From an uncultured Armatimonadetes bacterium (GTDB lineage Bacteria; Armatimonadota; UBA5829; DTJY01): a DNA stretch of 64,000 bases. The notes under the pieces are model-generated. The model was not told the origin of the DNA. It worked only from the letters and a program-made list of their open reading frames with translations, and made no database searches. Of the stretch, positions 47,972 to 60,093 are shown in pieces; position 1 is the first letter of the stretch; each line of letters starts with the position of its first letter. The stretch spans positions 1,664,001-1,728,000 of the forward strand of contig OY970325.1 in NCBI GenBank assembly GCA_963717145.1, given 5' to 3'. The position numbers and the translations under genes are program-made.

Positions 47972-50752
47972 ATGAGGCTGATAGGTACAATGCTCTTCGT
48001 TCTCCTGATTGGGATGGCGGCGGCGGATGGGAAGGAGACAGGCGTGTTCTATCCCGAGAAGATGGTCCAAGAGGCCAGGGCGAACATGGACAAGGACCCA
48101 TGGGCCGCCAAGCAGCGGAAGTTGATCGTCCAGGCGGCCGAGCCGTGGGCGAAGATGTCGGACGACGAGCTGTGGGGGCTCATGTTCGGGCCGACGATCC
48201 ATCGCTCGTGGATGGTCTTGTCGGACGGCAATTGCCCGTCCTGCAAGCAGGCTGTCGTCATGTACGACTGGATCGTGGACGCGATCAACCAGCCGTGGAA
48301 GATGCGATGTCCCAGGTGCCAGGAGCTTTTCCCCAAAAACGACTTCGGCAAGTTCTACCGCTCCGGCCTCGATGAGCACGGCATCTTCGATCCGAAACGG
48401 GCCGATAGATCGCTGCTCTTCAACGCCGAGCACGCGGACCCCAAGGATCCGCTGCACATGTTCGGCGTGGATGACGGGACGGGCTACCTCCAGGACGGCA
48501 AGAAGTGGCAGTTCGTGAGCGCGTACCTGATCTATGGCCAGTGGAAGCAGGCCGTGCTCGGCGGCATCCGAAACCTGTCGACGGCCTATATCGTCACCGG
48601 CGACAGGAAGTATGCCCACAAGGCGGCGATCCTCCTCGACCGCGTGGCCGATCTCTACCCCACTTTCGACTACATGACCCAGGCGGACCTCTACGACGAT
48701 CGCAACCACAGCCACGGATATGTCTCCGTCTGGCACGATGCCTGCGAGGAGACCCGCGAGCTTGCTTTGGGCTATGACATGATCTTCGACGGCATCAAGG
48801 GCGACAAGCCGCTCGTCACATTCCTCGCCGCCAAGTCGAAGACACACGGCCTGGAGAATCCGAAGGCCTCCACAGCGGACATCACCCGGAACATCGAGGA
48901 CCGCGTACTCAGAGACTCGCTGAAGAACCGACCCAAGGTCGAGTCGAACTACCCTCGCACCGACGTGATGTATGCCATCATCGAAGCGGTGCTCGGCTGG
49001 CCGAATGACAAGGACCACGTGTATGCGATCCTCGATCCGATGCTCGAGCGGGCGACCGCCGTCGATGGCGTGACCGGCGAGAAGGGCCTATCCGGGTACT
49101 CGAGCTTCACGATCCGAGGCGTGGCGAACATGCTGGCCCAGTTCTCGCGCGTCGATCCCGAGTTCCTGGGCGACCTGTTGAAGCGCCATCCCAGAATCCA
49201 TGATATGTACCGCTTCCACATCGACACATGGTCGTTCGGGCGGCACTATCCGCTCATTGGCGACGCGGGCTGGTTTGGCGAGAACATCGAGACGTATGTC
49301 GGCATGGACCTCTGGAAGGGCTTCCAGGAGAATCCGATCATGTACTATTTCGCACTGGCGCCATCAACGTTCAGGCTCCTGTGGGACCTGTACGAGACGA
49401 CCGGCGACACGGCGTTCGTCCAGATGGCATATCTCGCGAACAACAAGAAGCTCGATGGCCTGCCATATGACCTGTTCAGCGACGACCCGAAGGCGTTCCA
49501 GCAGAAGGTCGGCGACGTGATCGCGAAGGTCGGCGCGTACCCTGAGCAGGTCAGCGTGAACAAGCAGCAGTGGCACCTCGCCACACTTCGGTCGGGCGAC
49601 ATGAACACCGGCCGGGCGCTCTGGCTTCTGTATGACTCATTGGGCGGCCACGGACATGCGAACCACATGACTCTCGGGCTATATGCCAAGGGCCTCGACC
49701 TGATGCCTGACTTCGGCTACAAGCCCGTGAACTTCGGCGGCTGGGGCGCACCGAAAGCCGTCTGGTATGGCATGTCGGCATCGCACAACACGGTCGTCGT
49801 GGACGGCATTGACCATGGCAACGGCTTCGGCGCGACGACCCTCTGGGCCGACGGGAGGCAGTTCCGCGCAATCCGGGCGTCCGGCCCCCAGCCGATGGGC
49901 GGGCAGCAGTTCGAGCGGACCGCGGCTCTGATCGACATACCGGACAAAGACTCATACGTCCTCGATGTCTTCCGGGTGATCGGCGGCAAGGATCACGCGA
50001 AGTTCATGGGCAGCCACTATGGGCCGATCACGACCGAGGGGCTGAATCTCGAACCGGCGCCGGATTACGGATACGGCACGCTGATGCGCAACTTCCGGGT
50101 CGATCACTCGCCCGCGCCGGGATGGAGCGTCGATTGGGATGTCGAGGACCGCTATAAGTATCTCCCCGAGGGGTCGGATGTCCATCTGCGGTACACCGAT
50201 CTGACCGTCGGCGCACAGGCATACACCTCCGAAACGTGGATCCAGGCGGGGAACTTCAACACGAACAACGAGGAGTGGATTCCCCGCATAGTGACCCGCC
50301 GCCAGTCGTCCGATGCGCCGCTCGCCTCCACGTTCGTTGCGATCATCGAGCCATACGAGGTAAAGTCGAGCATCAAGGGCATTCGCCGGTTGGCGCTTCA
50401 GACGGCGGATGGAGAGGCATACCTCGATAACAATGCGGCGATCGAGGTGCGATTGGCGGGAAACCAGCGTGACCTCCTGGTCTTGATGGATGCCGAGAAC
50501 CCGCTTGGTCGGAAGCCGGCCGCCGGTATCGCCGTCCAGAAGGATTGGAAACTGCGCACTGACGCCGAGTTATGCCTCGTGCGCCGGAACGCATACGGCA
50601 AGATCAGCCGGATCGTAATCTGCAAGGGAAGCTTCCTCGAGATCGGCGAGACCTCGATCAAGCTCAAGGGCAAGACCGACTTCATCGAAATCACCATCGA
50701 GAATGGGAAGCCCATCGCAGTATCCGGTGATCAGAGCGCACTGATTCGGTAG
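47972..50752 (+). CDS. Secreted heparinase II/III-like protein (putative polysaccharide lyase)
   Basis: Signal peptide, alpha-helical domain, GHGH...L.L.AKG..LMPDFGY, SHNTVVVDG; CxxC...CxxC insert. Confidence 0.8.
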   Translation: MRLIGTMLFVLLIGMAAADGKETGVFYPEKMVQEARANMDKDPWAAKQRKLIVQAAEPWAKMSDDELWGLMFGPTIHRSWMVLSDGNCPSCKQAVVMYDWIVDAINQPWKMRCPRCQELFPKNDFGKFYRSGLDEHGIFDPKRADRSLLFNAEHADPKDPLHMFGVDDGTGYLQDGKKWQFVSAYLIYGQWKQAVLGGIRNLSTAYIVTGDRKYAHKAAILLDRVADLYPTFDYMTQADLYDDRNHSHGYVSVWHDACEETRELALGYDMIFDGIKGDKPLVTFLAAKSKTHGLENPKASTADITRNIEDRVLRDSLKNRPKVESNYPRTDVMYAIIEAVLGWPNDKDHVYAILDPMLERATAVDGVTGEKGLSGYSSFTIRGVANMLAQFSRVDPEFLGDLLKRHPRIHDMYRFHIDTWSFGRHYPLIGDAGWFGENIETYVGMDLWKGFQENPIMYYFALAPSTFRLLWDLYETTGDTAFVQMAYLANNKKLDGLPYDLFSDDPKAFQQKVGDVIAKVGAYPEQVSVNKQQWHLATLRSGDMNTGRALWLLYDSLGGHGHANHMTLGLYAKGLDLMPDFGYKPVNFGGWGAPKAVWYGMSASHNTVVVDGIDHGNGFGATTLWADGRQFRAIRASGPQPMGGQQFERTAALIDIPDKDSYVLDVFRVIGGKDHAKFMGSHYGPITTEGLNLEPAPDYGYGTLMRNFRVDHSPAPGWSVDWDVEDRYKYLPEGSDVHLRYTDLTVGAQAYTSETWIQAGNFNTNNEEWIPRIVTRRQSSDAPLASTFVAIIEPYEVKSSIKGIRRLALQTADGEAYLDNNAAIEVRLAGNQRDLLVLMDAENPLGRKPAAGIAVQKDWKLRTDAELCLVRRNAYGKISRIVICKGSFLEIGETSIKLKGKTDFIEITIENGKPIAVSGDQSALIR

Positions 50753-50847
50753 GAGGGATTTTCCGGGATGGTTCGTGCCCGGTAATCCCGAACGGTCGAC
50801 CCATACGATCGGGATTACCGGGCACGAACCATCCCGGAAAATCCTAC
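50749..50847. repeat. GTAG-type REP palindrome family B, copy 3
   Basis: GTAGGAGGGATTTTCCGGGATG...CATCCCGGAAAATCCTAC (small deletion in the right arm). Confidence 0.9.
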
Positions 50848-50873
50848 ATCACTTTCGAATGAATGGGACTGCC

Positions 50874-51794
50874 ATGACGACGCGGCGAGAGTTTCTGAAA
50901 CAGACGGCCGGTCTCCTGATCGCAGGATCGGGAGCTGTCATGGCCGATACTGGGAGGGAGAACATGCCTGAGGACAATATAAAGCTCCCGGCGAGCTATT
51001 ATCAGCAGTTCGACGCCGACTTCAAGCGCGATGTGCCCGGCGAGGGATACGGCGGCTGGAACAGAGCCGACATCGAGATCTCCCGCGAGCACTCCGCGCT
51101 CGTCGTCATGCACGCGTGGGACATGGGCACTCCCGAGAAGTACCCGGGATGGCATCGGGCGGTCGAGTACATCCCGCGCGCCGACAAGATCTGCCGAACG
51201 GTCTTCCCGAAGCTGCTATCGTCTGTACGGAAGTCGGGCTTCAACCTCTTCCACGTCGTCGGCGGCGGCGACTACTACGACGACCTCCCAGGCCACAAGC
51301 GCGCGGTGATGCTCGCAGGAGATGAACCCCCCGCACTCGAGCAGGCCAAGGTCGATCCGGCACTCCAGCGGCTGAACGAGTTCCGGGCGGAACACGTCTT
51401 CGTTGGAAAGCACAATGAAGCGGATGTCGAGCGTGGGTTCAAGCACCTTGGATTCCCACCGGAGGCCCGTCCTCTCGGGGATGAGGGAGTCGCGGAGAAC
51501 GCGCACCAACTCCACGCATTGTGCAGGGATTCAGGCGTGAACCACCTGATCTACGCCGGATTCGCGATCAACTGGTGCCTGCTCCTTTCCCCCGGCGGGA
51601 TGCTCGACATGTCCCGACGCGGATACATGTGCTCGGCGGTCCGGGATGCGACGACGGCAGTCGAGAACCGGGAGTCGGCGCGGACGGAGTCGCACAAAGA
51701 GGCGGCCCTCTGGCGCGTCGCCCTCGCATACGGCTTTGTGTTCGATGCGGATGATCTCGTCTCCGCGCTTGCCGAACATGGGAATGGAGGTTGA
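50874..51794 (+). CDS. Isochorismatase/cysteine-hydrolase-like protein with possible TAT signal
   Basis: TRREFLK; ALVVMHAW, LIYAGFAINWCL, VRDATTA. Confidence 0.7.
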   Translation: MTTRREFLKQTAGLLIAGSGAVMADTGRENMPEDNIKLPASYYQQFDADFKRDVPGEGYGGWNRADIEISREHSALVVMHAWDMGTPEKYPGWHRAVEYIPRADKICRTVFPKLLSSVRKSGFNLFHVVGGGDYYDDLPGHKRAVMLAGDEPPALEQAKVDPALQRLNEFRAEHVFVGKHNEADVERGFKHLGFPPEARPLGDEGVAENAHQLHALCRDSGVNHLIYAGFAINWCLLLSPGGMLDMSRRGYMCSAVRDATTAVENRESARTESHKEAALWRVALAYGFVFDADDLVSALAEHGNGG

Positions 51795-52504
51795 TCGTGC
51801 AGACGCTCGTCATCATCCCGACCTACAACGAGAGGGAGAATATCGAGAAGCTGCTCTCGGAGGTCTTGCGGCAACCGGACGTACACGTGCTTGTCGTCGA
51901 TGACAACTCGCCGGATCTTACGTTCGAGCTAGTGGAGGAGCTTCAGCGCACGCGATACCCCGATCAGCTCCATCTGCTCAAAAGGGCCGGCAAAATGGGC
52001 CTCGGAACGGCATATGTCGAGGGGTTCCAGTGGGCGCTGTCCCGCGATTACGACTACATCATGGAGATGGATGCCGATTTCTCGCACAACCCCGCCTACC
52101 TGCCGGACTTCCTGCGCGCGATCGAGAAGAGCGATCTCGTCCTGGGCAGCCGATATGTCCCCGGCGGCGCGATCAAGGGCTGGGGAATGCTCCGGCACTT
52201 GGTCAGCACCGGGGGGAACCTCTATGCCCGCATGGTCCTCGGGCTGCCATATCACGACATCACCGGCGGGTACAAGTGCTTTCGACGCAGTGTTCTGGAA
52301 GCGATCGACCTGGACGCGATCCACGCGAAGGGATACGCCTTTCAGATCGAGACAACGTATCGTGCGCTCTTGAAGGGATTCACTGTTGCCGAGATCCCCA
52401 TAGTCTTCGAAGACCGCGTTCGAGGGAAGTCTCAGTTCTCCTGGGGCATCTTCCTGGAGGCCGCGACCATCGTCTGGGGACTACGGAGACTGACTCGTGA
52501 GTAG
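51791..52504 (+). CDS. Polyprenol-phosphate mannosyltransferase-like GT2
   Basis: IPTYNE, DDNSPD, GLGTAY, MDADFSH, GSRY, GYAFQIE. Confidence 0.94.
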   Translation: MIVQTLVIIPTYNERENIEKLLSEVLRQPDVHVLVVDDNSPDLTFELVEELQRTRYPDQLHLLKRAGKMGLGTAYVEGFQWALSRDYDYIMEMDADFSHNPAYLPDFLRAIEKSDLVLGSRYVPGGAIKGWGMLRHLVSTGGNLYARMVLGLPYHDITGGYKCFRRSVLEAIDLDAIHAKGYAFQIETTYRALLKGFTVAEIPIVFEDRVRGKSQFSWGIFLEAATIVWGLRRLTRE

Positions 52505-53888
52505 AAGAAGCTCCCTGCTGCTGCTGATCGTCACGGTGTTCAACCTCGTCTACAATGCGTTTCTCCCCCTGCATCCCGACGAGGCGTACTACTGGACCTG
52601 GTCGAGACATCTCGAGCTGTCGTACTTCGATCATCCGCCGATGATCGCGTACATGATCCGGGCCGCGACACTCATGGGCAACAGCGAGTTCTTCATCCGG
52701 CTGGTGGCGGTGGTCTGCATGACCGTCGCCGGCTGGTTGATCTATCGGCTGGCTCGAGGGCTCTTCAACGAGTGTGTGGCGGATATCGCCCTTCTCATTC
52801 TGCTCTTCATGCCCGTCACCCAGGCAGGATACCTGGTGGTGACTCCCGACTCCCCACTCGTCCTTTTCTGGTCGCTCACCGTGTACTGCCTGTACAAAGC
52901 GCTGTGGACCGACAACCGAAGCTTCTTCTATTGGGCGGGTATCAGCGGCGGATGCCTGCTGCTGTCGAAGTACACGGGAGTGCTCCTCCTCCCGGCGGTC
53001 CTCCTGTTCCTGTTAACGTCGCGCTACCGGACGGTCCTGCTCAAGCGCGAGGTCTACATCACGGTGCTGATGGCGTTCCTGTTGTTCACACCCGTCATCG
53101 TCTGGAACGCGCAGCACGAATGGGTTTCGTTCCGCTTCCAACTGGTGCACGGGATGGGCGGCGAGAAGACGCTGAAGCTCGCGAACCTCGGCGATTTCCT
53201 TGCAGGTCAGGGCCTCGTCATGAACCCCATCTTCCTGTTGGCGCTGCTCTATTATGCGATCCGGCACGCCAAGATCAACTTCCGGGATGAACGCCTCGCA
53301 TTCCTGACTTGGCCATTCGTCCTCACCTTTCTCTTCTTCCTGTACGGCGGACTGTCCAAGAAGAGCGAGGCGAACTGGGCGGTTCCCGCATATCTCACCG
53401 GCGCTGTCCTGCTCGCGTATTGGCTGGAGAAGCTCAACCGCCGATGGGTCTATTACGCAGGCATCGCGCTCACGGTCGTGATGGTCGTGATGATCAAGTT
53501 CCCCGAGGTCTTCCCCACCCTGCCGAAGAACCTGGTGATGAAGAAGCAGTTCCTGGGCTACAAGGAGATATTCGAGCGAGGGAAGCAATATATCCGGGAC
53601 CCGGAACTCGTCATCCTGAGCGACGACTATCAGGACGCCTCCGAGGCCTGGTATTACTTCGGCGGTACACGGGAGGTCTTCATCCTGAGCCCGGGGCGCG
53701 TCACGGAATACGATTTTCGCCGGGGAGATCTGGCCCGATCTCCAAAGGATGCAGTTTTCTTCGGAGACGAGGAGGACGCCGCATCCATGGGTCACATCTA
53801 TCGCCGGATCGAGCTGGTGGATATCCTGCGCTATCGGAACCGATTCGTCGAGCGAGAGATGAGGGTCTACCGATGCAGCACGAAGTAG
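52497..53888 (+). CDS. ArnT/PMT-like (GT-C) membrane glycosyltransferase
   Basis: PDEAYYW, YFDHPP, TPDSP, LSKYT, multiple TMs. Confidence 0.92.
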   Translation: MSRRSSLLLLIVTVFNLVYNAFLPLHPDEAYYWTWSRHLELSYFDHPPMIAYMIRAATLMGNSEFFIRLVAVVCMTVAGWLIYRLARGLFNECVADIALLILLFMPVTQAGYLVVTPDSPLVLFWSLTVYCLYKALWTDNRSFFYWAGISGGCLLLSKYTGVLLLPAVLLFLLTSRYRTVLLKREVYITVLMAFLLFTPVIVWNAQHEWVSFRFQLVHGMGGEKTLKLANLGDFLAGQGLVMNPIFLLALLYYAIRHAKINFRDERLAFLTWPFVLTFLFFLYGGLSKKSEANWAVPAYLTGAVLLAYWLEKLNRRWVYYAGIALTVVMVVMIKFPEVFPTLPKNLVMKKQFLGYKEIFERGKQYIRDPELVILSDDYQDASEAWYYFGGTREVFILSPGRVTEYDFRRGDLARSPKDAVFFGDEEDAASMGHIYRRIELVDILRYRNRFVEREMRVYRCSTK

Positions 53889-53890
53889 GG

Positions 53891-54685
53891 ATGCATGGGC
53901 CCATGACAATGAAGAGAAGACGCGGCTTACACCTGCTGGATGTGCTGGTAAACGGGTTCCTCGCCCATGCCGGGATGGAGCGAATCGTGCCTCCACCGGG
54001 GTATATTGCCCTCGATCCGCACGTACACAGCCTGTTCTCGGGATGCAGCCTGTCATCCATCGAGCGCATCCTGATCCGAGCCGCTGAAGTGGGCCTGTCA
54101 GCGATCGCGATCATGGACCACAATGACCTGCAGAGCGCCGCCGTCGCGGCCGCCTGCGCGCGGGACCTCAAGAACCGAAAGCTGATCCCCGACGAATTCC
54201 TGGTGATCCCGGGCGTCGAGGTCAAGTCCGACGGCGGACACATCGGGGCGCTCTTCGTCGATCAGCCGATCCCCAAGAGGGTCAGCGTGTTGGAGACCGT
54301 GCAGAGGATCCACGAAGCGGGAGGCTTGGCTGTTGCGGTACACCCCTACCTTCGGTCGGGCATTGGTGATGCGCTGTTCGATGCGCCCTTCGATGCGGTG
54401 GAGATAGAATCGGGATCGGTTTTCAGCCGGATAGCCGCCGAGCGAGGGTACAAGCTGCTCGACGACGAGCGGCTCACGAGAGTGGCGAAGCTCGGATCGA
54501 GCGACGCGCACTACGTCGGGGCTGTGGGTATCTGCTACACACTGGTCAAGGTAAGCGAGGTCACGCCCGAGTCGATCCGGGCCGCCTTGATGCAGGGGGC
54601 GACAACCGCTCATGCGTCCGACGCTTTCCCGAGGTTCAGGAGAATGCTCGGTTGGGTACCCATGGCGGGACAGGCCCCGCTCTGA
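53891..54685 (+). CDS. PHP-domain phosphoesterase
   Basis: DPHVHS, MDHN, PGVEV, GHI, VHP, SSDAH. Confidence 0.9.
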   Translation: MHGPMTMKRRRGLHLLDVLVNGFLAHAGMERIVPPPGYIALDPHVHSLFSGCSLSSIERILIRAAEVGLSAIAIMDHNDLQSAAVAAACARDLKNRKLIPDEFLVIPGVEVKSDGGHIGALFVDQPIPKRVSVLETVQRIHEAGGLAVAVHPYLRSGIGDALFDAPFDAVEIESGSVFSRIAAERGYKLLDDERLTRVAKLGSSDAHYVGAVGICYTLVKVSEVTPESIRAALMQGATTAHASDAFPRFRRMLGWVPMAGQAPL

Positions 54686-54762
54686 CGTGCCCAGGCAGGA
54701 GTCGGGATTGCAGGCGTCGAACCTCGGGGTGAAAGCAACCAACGGACGAAAGGATTGTCACT

Positions 54763-56001
54763 ATGGCGGATAAGTACATGGCTGAATTCGAGCTACTGGC
54801 CGAGCGGCTCGAAGCACGCGGCCTCGATGTGAACAAGATCAAGCAGCGATTGAAGAACCAGAAGATCGAGACCCCATCCTGGGGCTACTCGAATGCCGGG
54901 ACGCGATTCGGCACGTTCAAGCAGGACGGCGCGGCGATGACGATCGAAGAGAAGGTCGCCGACGCGGCCCAGGTCCACAAGTTCACCGGCGTCGCGCCGA
55001 CAGTCGCGGTCCATGTGCTCTGGGATTTCCCGAACGGGCTGGACGACTGCAGGAACCTCTCGTCCTACTCCGAATCACTCGGCGTGAAGATCGGCGCGAT
55101 CAACCCGAACGTCTTCCAAAACCAGGTCTACGCGTTCGGCAGCATCACCAGCGAGGAGCCGGCGGTCCGCAAGAGGGCGATCGATCACATGATCGACTCG
55201 ATCGAGATCGGCAAGGTGGTCGGCTCGGATGTGCTCTCCCTCTGGTTTGCCGATGGGACCGACTACCCCGGTCAGGGCGACTTCCGGCGCAGGAAGCACT
55301 ATGCCACCGAGTCGCTCCAGGCGGTCTACATCGCGATGCCGGCGAGCATGCGGATGGTGATCGAGTACAAGCCGTTCGAGCCGGGGTTCTACCACACCGA
55401 CATCGCCGACTGGGGAATGTCGTACAACTTCTGCCGGAAATGCGGCGATCGGGCTTACGTGCTGGTCGACCTCGGCCATCACTTCAACGGCCAGAACATC
55501 GAGCACATCGTGGCGTTCCTGCTCGACGAGGAGCGGCTCGGCGGATTCCATTTCAACAACCACAAGTACGCCGATGACGACCTGACCGTCGGCTCGATCA
55601 ACCCCTATGAGCTGTTCCTGATCTACAACGAGCTTGCGAAGGCCGAGGACGCCCCGAACGGCAATCCCGAGGTCGCCTACATGGTCGATCAATGCCACAT
55701 CGCAAAGTCGAAGATCGACGCGATGATCCAGACGATCGAGCACATCCAGGGCGCATATGCCAAGTCTCTGTGCATCAACCGCAAGAGGCTCCACGAGGCG
55801 CAGTTGGCAAAGGACATCGTGTCGGCGGAGGTCTGCATGACCGAGGCGTTCAATACCGACGTTCAACCGCTGCTGAAGGTCGTCCGCGAGGAGATGGGGA
55901 TCGACCCGAACCCGCTGGAGGCATTCCGTGCATCGGGCTACTGGACGAAGGTCTCGAAGGAGCGCGCCGGCCGCAAAGGCGGCGGCGGCGTCGGCGCGTA
56001 G
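54763..56001 (+). CDS. rhaI: L-rhamnose isomerase (RhaI type)
   Basis: ETPSWGY..GTRF, WFADGT.YPGQ, EYKPFEP, DLGHH, YADDDL. Confidence 0.93.
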   Translation: MADKYMAEFELLAERLEARGLDVNKIKQRLKNQKIETPSWGYSNAGTRFGTFKQDGAAMTIEEKVADAAQVHKFTGVAPTVAVHVLWDFPNGLDDCRNLSSYSESLGVKIGAINPNVFQNQVYAFGSITSEEPAVRKRAIDHMIDSIEIGKVVGSDVLSLWFADGTDYPGQGDFRRRKHYATESLQAVYIAMPASMRMVIEYKPFEPGFYHTDIADWGMSYNFCRKCGDRAYVLVDLGHHFNGQNIEHIVAFLLDEERLGGFHFNNHKYADDDLTVGSINPYELFLIYNELAKAEDAPNGNPEVAYMVDQCHIAKSKIDAMIQTIEHIQGAYAKSLCINRKRLHEAQLAKDIVSAEVCMTEAFNTDVQPLLKVVREEMGIDPNPLEAFRASGYWTKVSKERAGRKGGGGVGA

Positions 56002-56021
56002 GCCTCACATCGATCAGATAG

Positions 56022-58212
<2,191 letters not shown>

Positions 58213-58240
<28 letters not shown>

Positions 58241-59292
58241 TTCCTGGTCTGATACTCCTCGACCATCGCCTCGTCGAGCGGGTAGACGCCGAACTCGTGG
58301 GCGGCTTCGACCATCGTGCGGTAGTTCTCCGGGTTGACGCCGGGATGGATCGAGTTGCTCGACGCGATCACGTGCCCGCCGCCGGGGGAGGCCTTCGCGA
58401 TCGTCTCCTTCACCGCGTCAATCACCTGCTCCTTCGAGCCGTATGAGAGCAGATTCCCGCAGTCCACGTTCCCCACGACCGCCACTCGGTCGCCGTACTT
58501 CGCCTTCACAACGCCGATGTCCATCCCCGCGATCGGCTCGAGCGGGTCGATCGCATCGACCCCCGCGCCGACGATCAGGTCGATGATCGGCCAGATATTG
58601 CCGTCGGTGTGCTTGATGAACGGGATGCCCCTGCGATGAGCGACCTCGATCATCTCCTTCATGTACGGCAGGGCGAACTCCTCGAAGAGCGCCGGCGACA
58701 TCAGAGGCGCGGTCCGGAATGCGTAGTCGTCGCCCCCGACGACCGCGTCGATCCCCTCGTCGATCGCGCGCTCGAGCACAGCCTTCTTGTACTCGATCAC
58801 CTTCCGAGCGAGACGATGCGCGAACTCGGGGGCTTCGATGTAGGCCATGAGCAGGTTGTCCATGCCGTAGAGGTAGTGGGAGAACTCGAACCCCTCGTGA
58901 CCACAGAGGACGATCGCCTTCTCGCCCTTGAAGCGGCGGACGGCCTCCTTGAGCGTGTCGAAGCGATGGTCGGCATGGGGATCGGGGGGCGCGTAGGCAT
59001 CGAGGTCGGCCTCGGACTTGATCGGGCCACCGATGGGATAGAACACGCCGCACGGTTCGAGCCCCCACTTGATGCCCCACTCGTCCTTCGAGACGCCGTT
59101 GCCCTCATCGGTCGTGTGATGGTTCTCGAAGACGGTGACCGCATCGAGGCCGAGCTTTTCCGCGAGCGCGAAGTAGCCGATGTTGCCGTAGATGCCCGAG
59201 AGCGTGGGCTCGTTGATGATCAGTTCCCAGACGGGCACTCGGTCGGGCTGCTCCCTCCTGAGGGCGGTGAGGAATCGTTCTTTGCCGGTCAT
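58213..59292 (-). CDS. Uroporphyrinogen decarboxylase / MtaA-like family protein
   Basis: MTGKERF...PDRVP, GDDYA, HTDGN, GNVD, SSNSIH. Confidence 0.9.
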
Positions 59293-59304
59293 CGGTCCTT
59301 CCTT

Positions 59305-59412
59305 TCTGCGCCCCTCCTTACGAAGGAGGGGCCGGCCAGCAGGCCGGGGGAGGTTCGCAGACCCAAAACCCCCTCGGCCCAGAGGCCGGTCCCCCTTCGT
59401 AAGGGGGACATT
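59305..59412. repeat. Second copy of the 1474-1580 element
   Basis: Near-identical over about 108 bp, same orientation. Confidence 0.92.
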
Positions 59413-59421
59413 CCGATGCTC

Positions 59422-59943
59422 CTACAACTCGATGCCGAGGCGGGCGGGGTGGTTCGGGTGCTTCACCTCGACCATCTCGGTGACGAGGTCCGCCGCCTCG
59501 ATGAGCCAGTCCGGCGCGTGACGGCCGGTGATGACGATGTCCACGTTCTCCGGGCGGTTCACTAAGACGGGAAGAACCTCATCCTTCTCCAGGAAACCGT
59601 AGAAAAGGGCGATATTCAGCTCGTCGAGCACAATGAGATCGTACTCGCCCGAGGAGATCAGGTCCGCCGCGCCGTCGAAGTTCCGGCGGCTCTCCTCGCG
59701 CAGGACGAGGGAGTTCCGCTGATCCCCCGCCGCGTCATACGGTGAGGTTTCTCCGAACACCTCGATCGCCGGCGCGAGCTTCTCAGCGGCGATTACCTCG
59801 CCGGACGTGTTCGGCTTCATGAAACGCACCACGGCGACTTTCCAGCCCCGTCCGACCGCGCGAAGAGCCTGTCCCCACGCGGCACTCGTCTTCCCCTTGC
59901 CGTGTCCCGTGTAGACCTGGATGATTCCGCGATTGCTCTTCAT
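59422..59943 (-). CDS. cobO: Cob(I)yrinic acid a,c-diamide adenosyltransferase
   Basis: YTGHGKGKT, LDEL, ITGR, ADLVTEM..VKHP. Confidence 0.93.
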   Translation of the reverse strand: MKSNRGIIQVYTGHGKGKTSAAWGQALRAVGRGWKVAVVRFMKPNTSGEVIAAEKLAPAIEVFGETSPYDAAGDQRNSLVLREESRRNFDGAADLISSGEYDLIVLDELNIALFYGFLEKDEVLPVLVNRPENVDIVITGRHAPDWLIEAADLVTEMVEVKHPNHPARLGIEL

Positions 59944-59957
59944 AGTCACACCATCAT

Positions 59958-60093
59958 GTAGTGGCCGTGCCTCAGTGCCGGCCTGCGGACCGTGCGCTGT
60001 AGGGGCGTGCCTTGTGCCGCCCGCAACCGTGGTACCGGGCGGCACAAGGCACGCCCCTACAGCTACAAGGCGGGCACTGAGGCCGGCCACTAC
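59958..60093. repeat. Nested REP: family A arms enclosing a GTAGGGGCGTGCCTTGTGCCGCCC palindrome
   Basis: Inner element about 59996-60063; outer arms 59958-59983 and 60073-60093. Confidence 0.9.
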
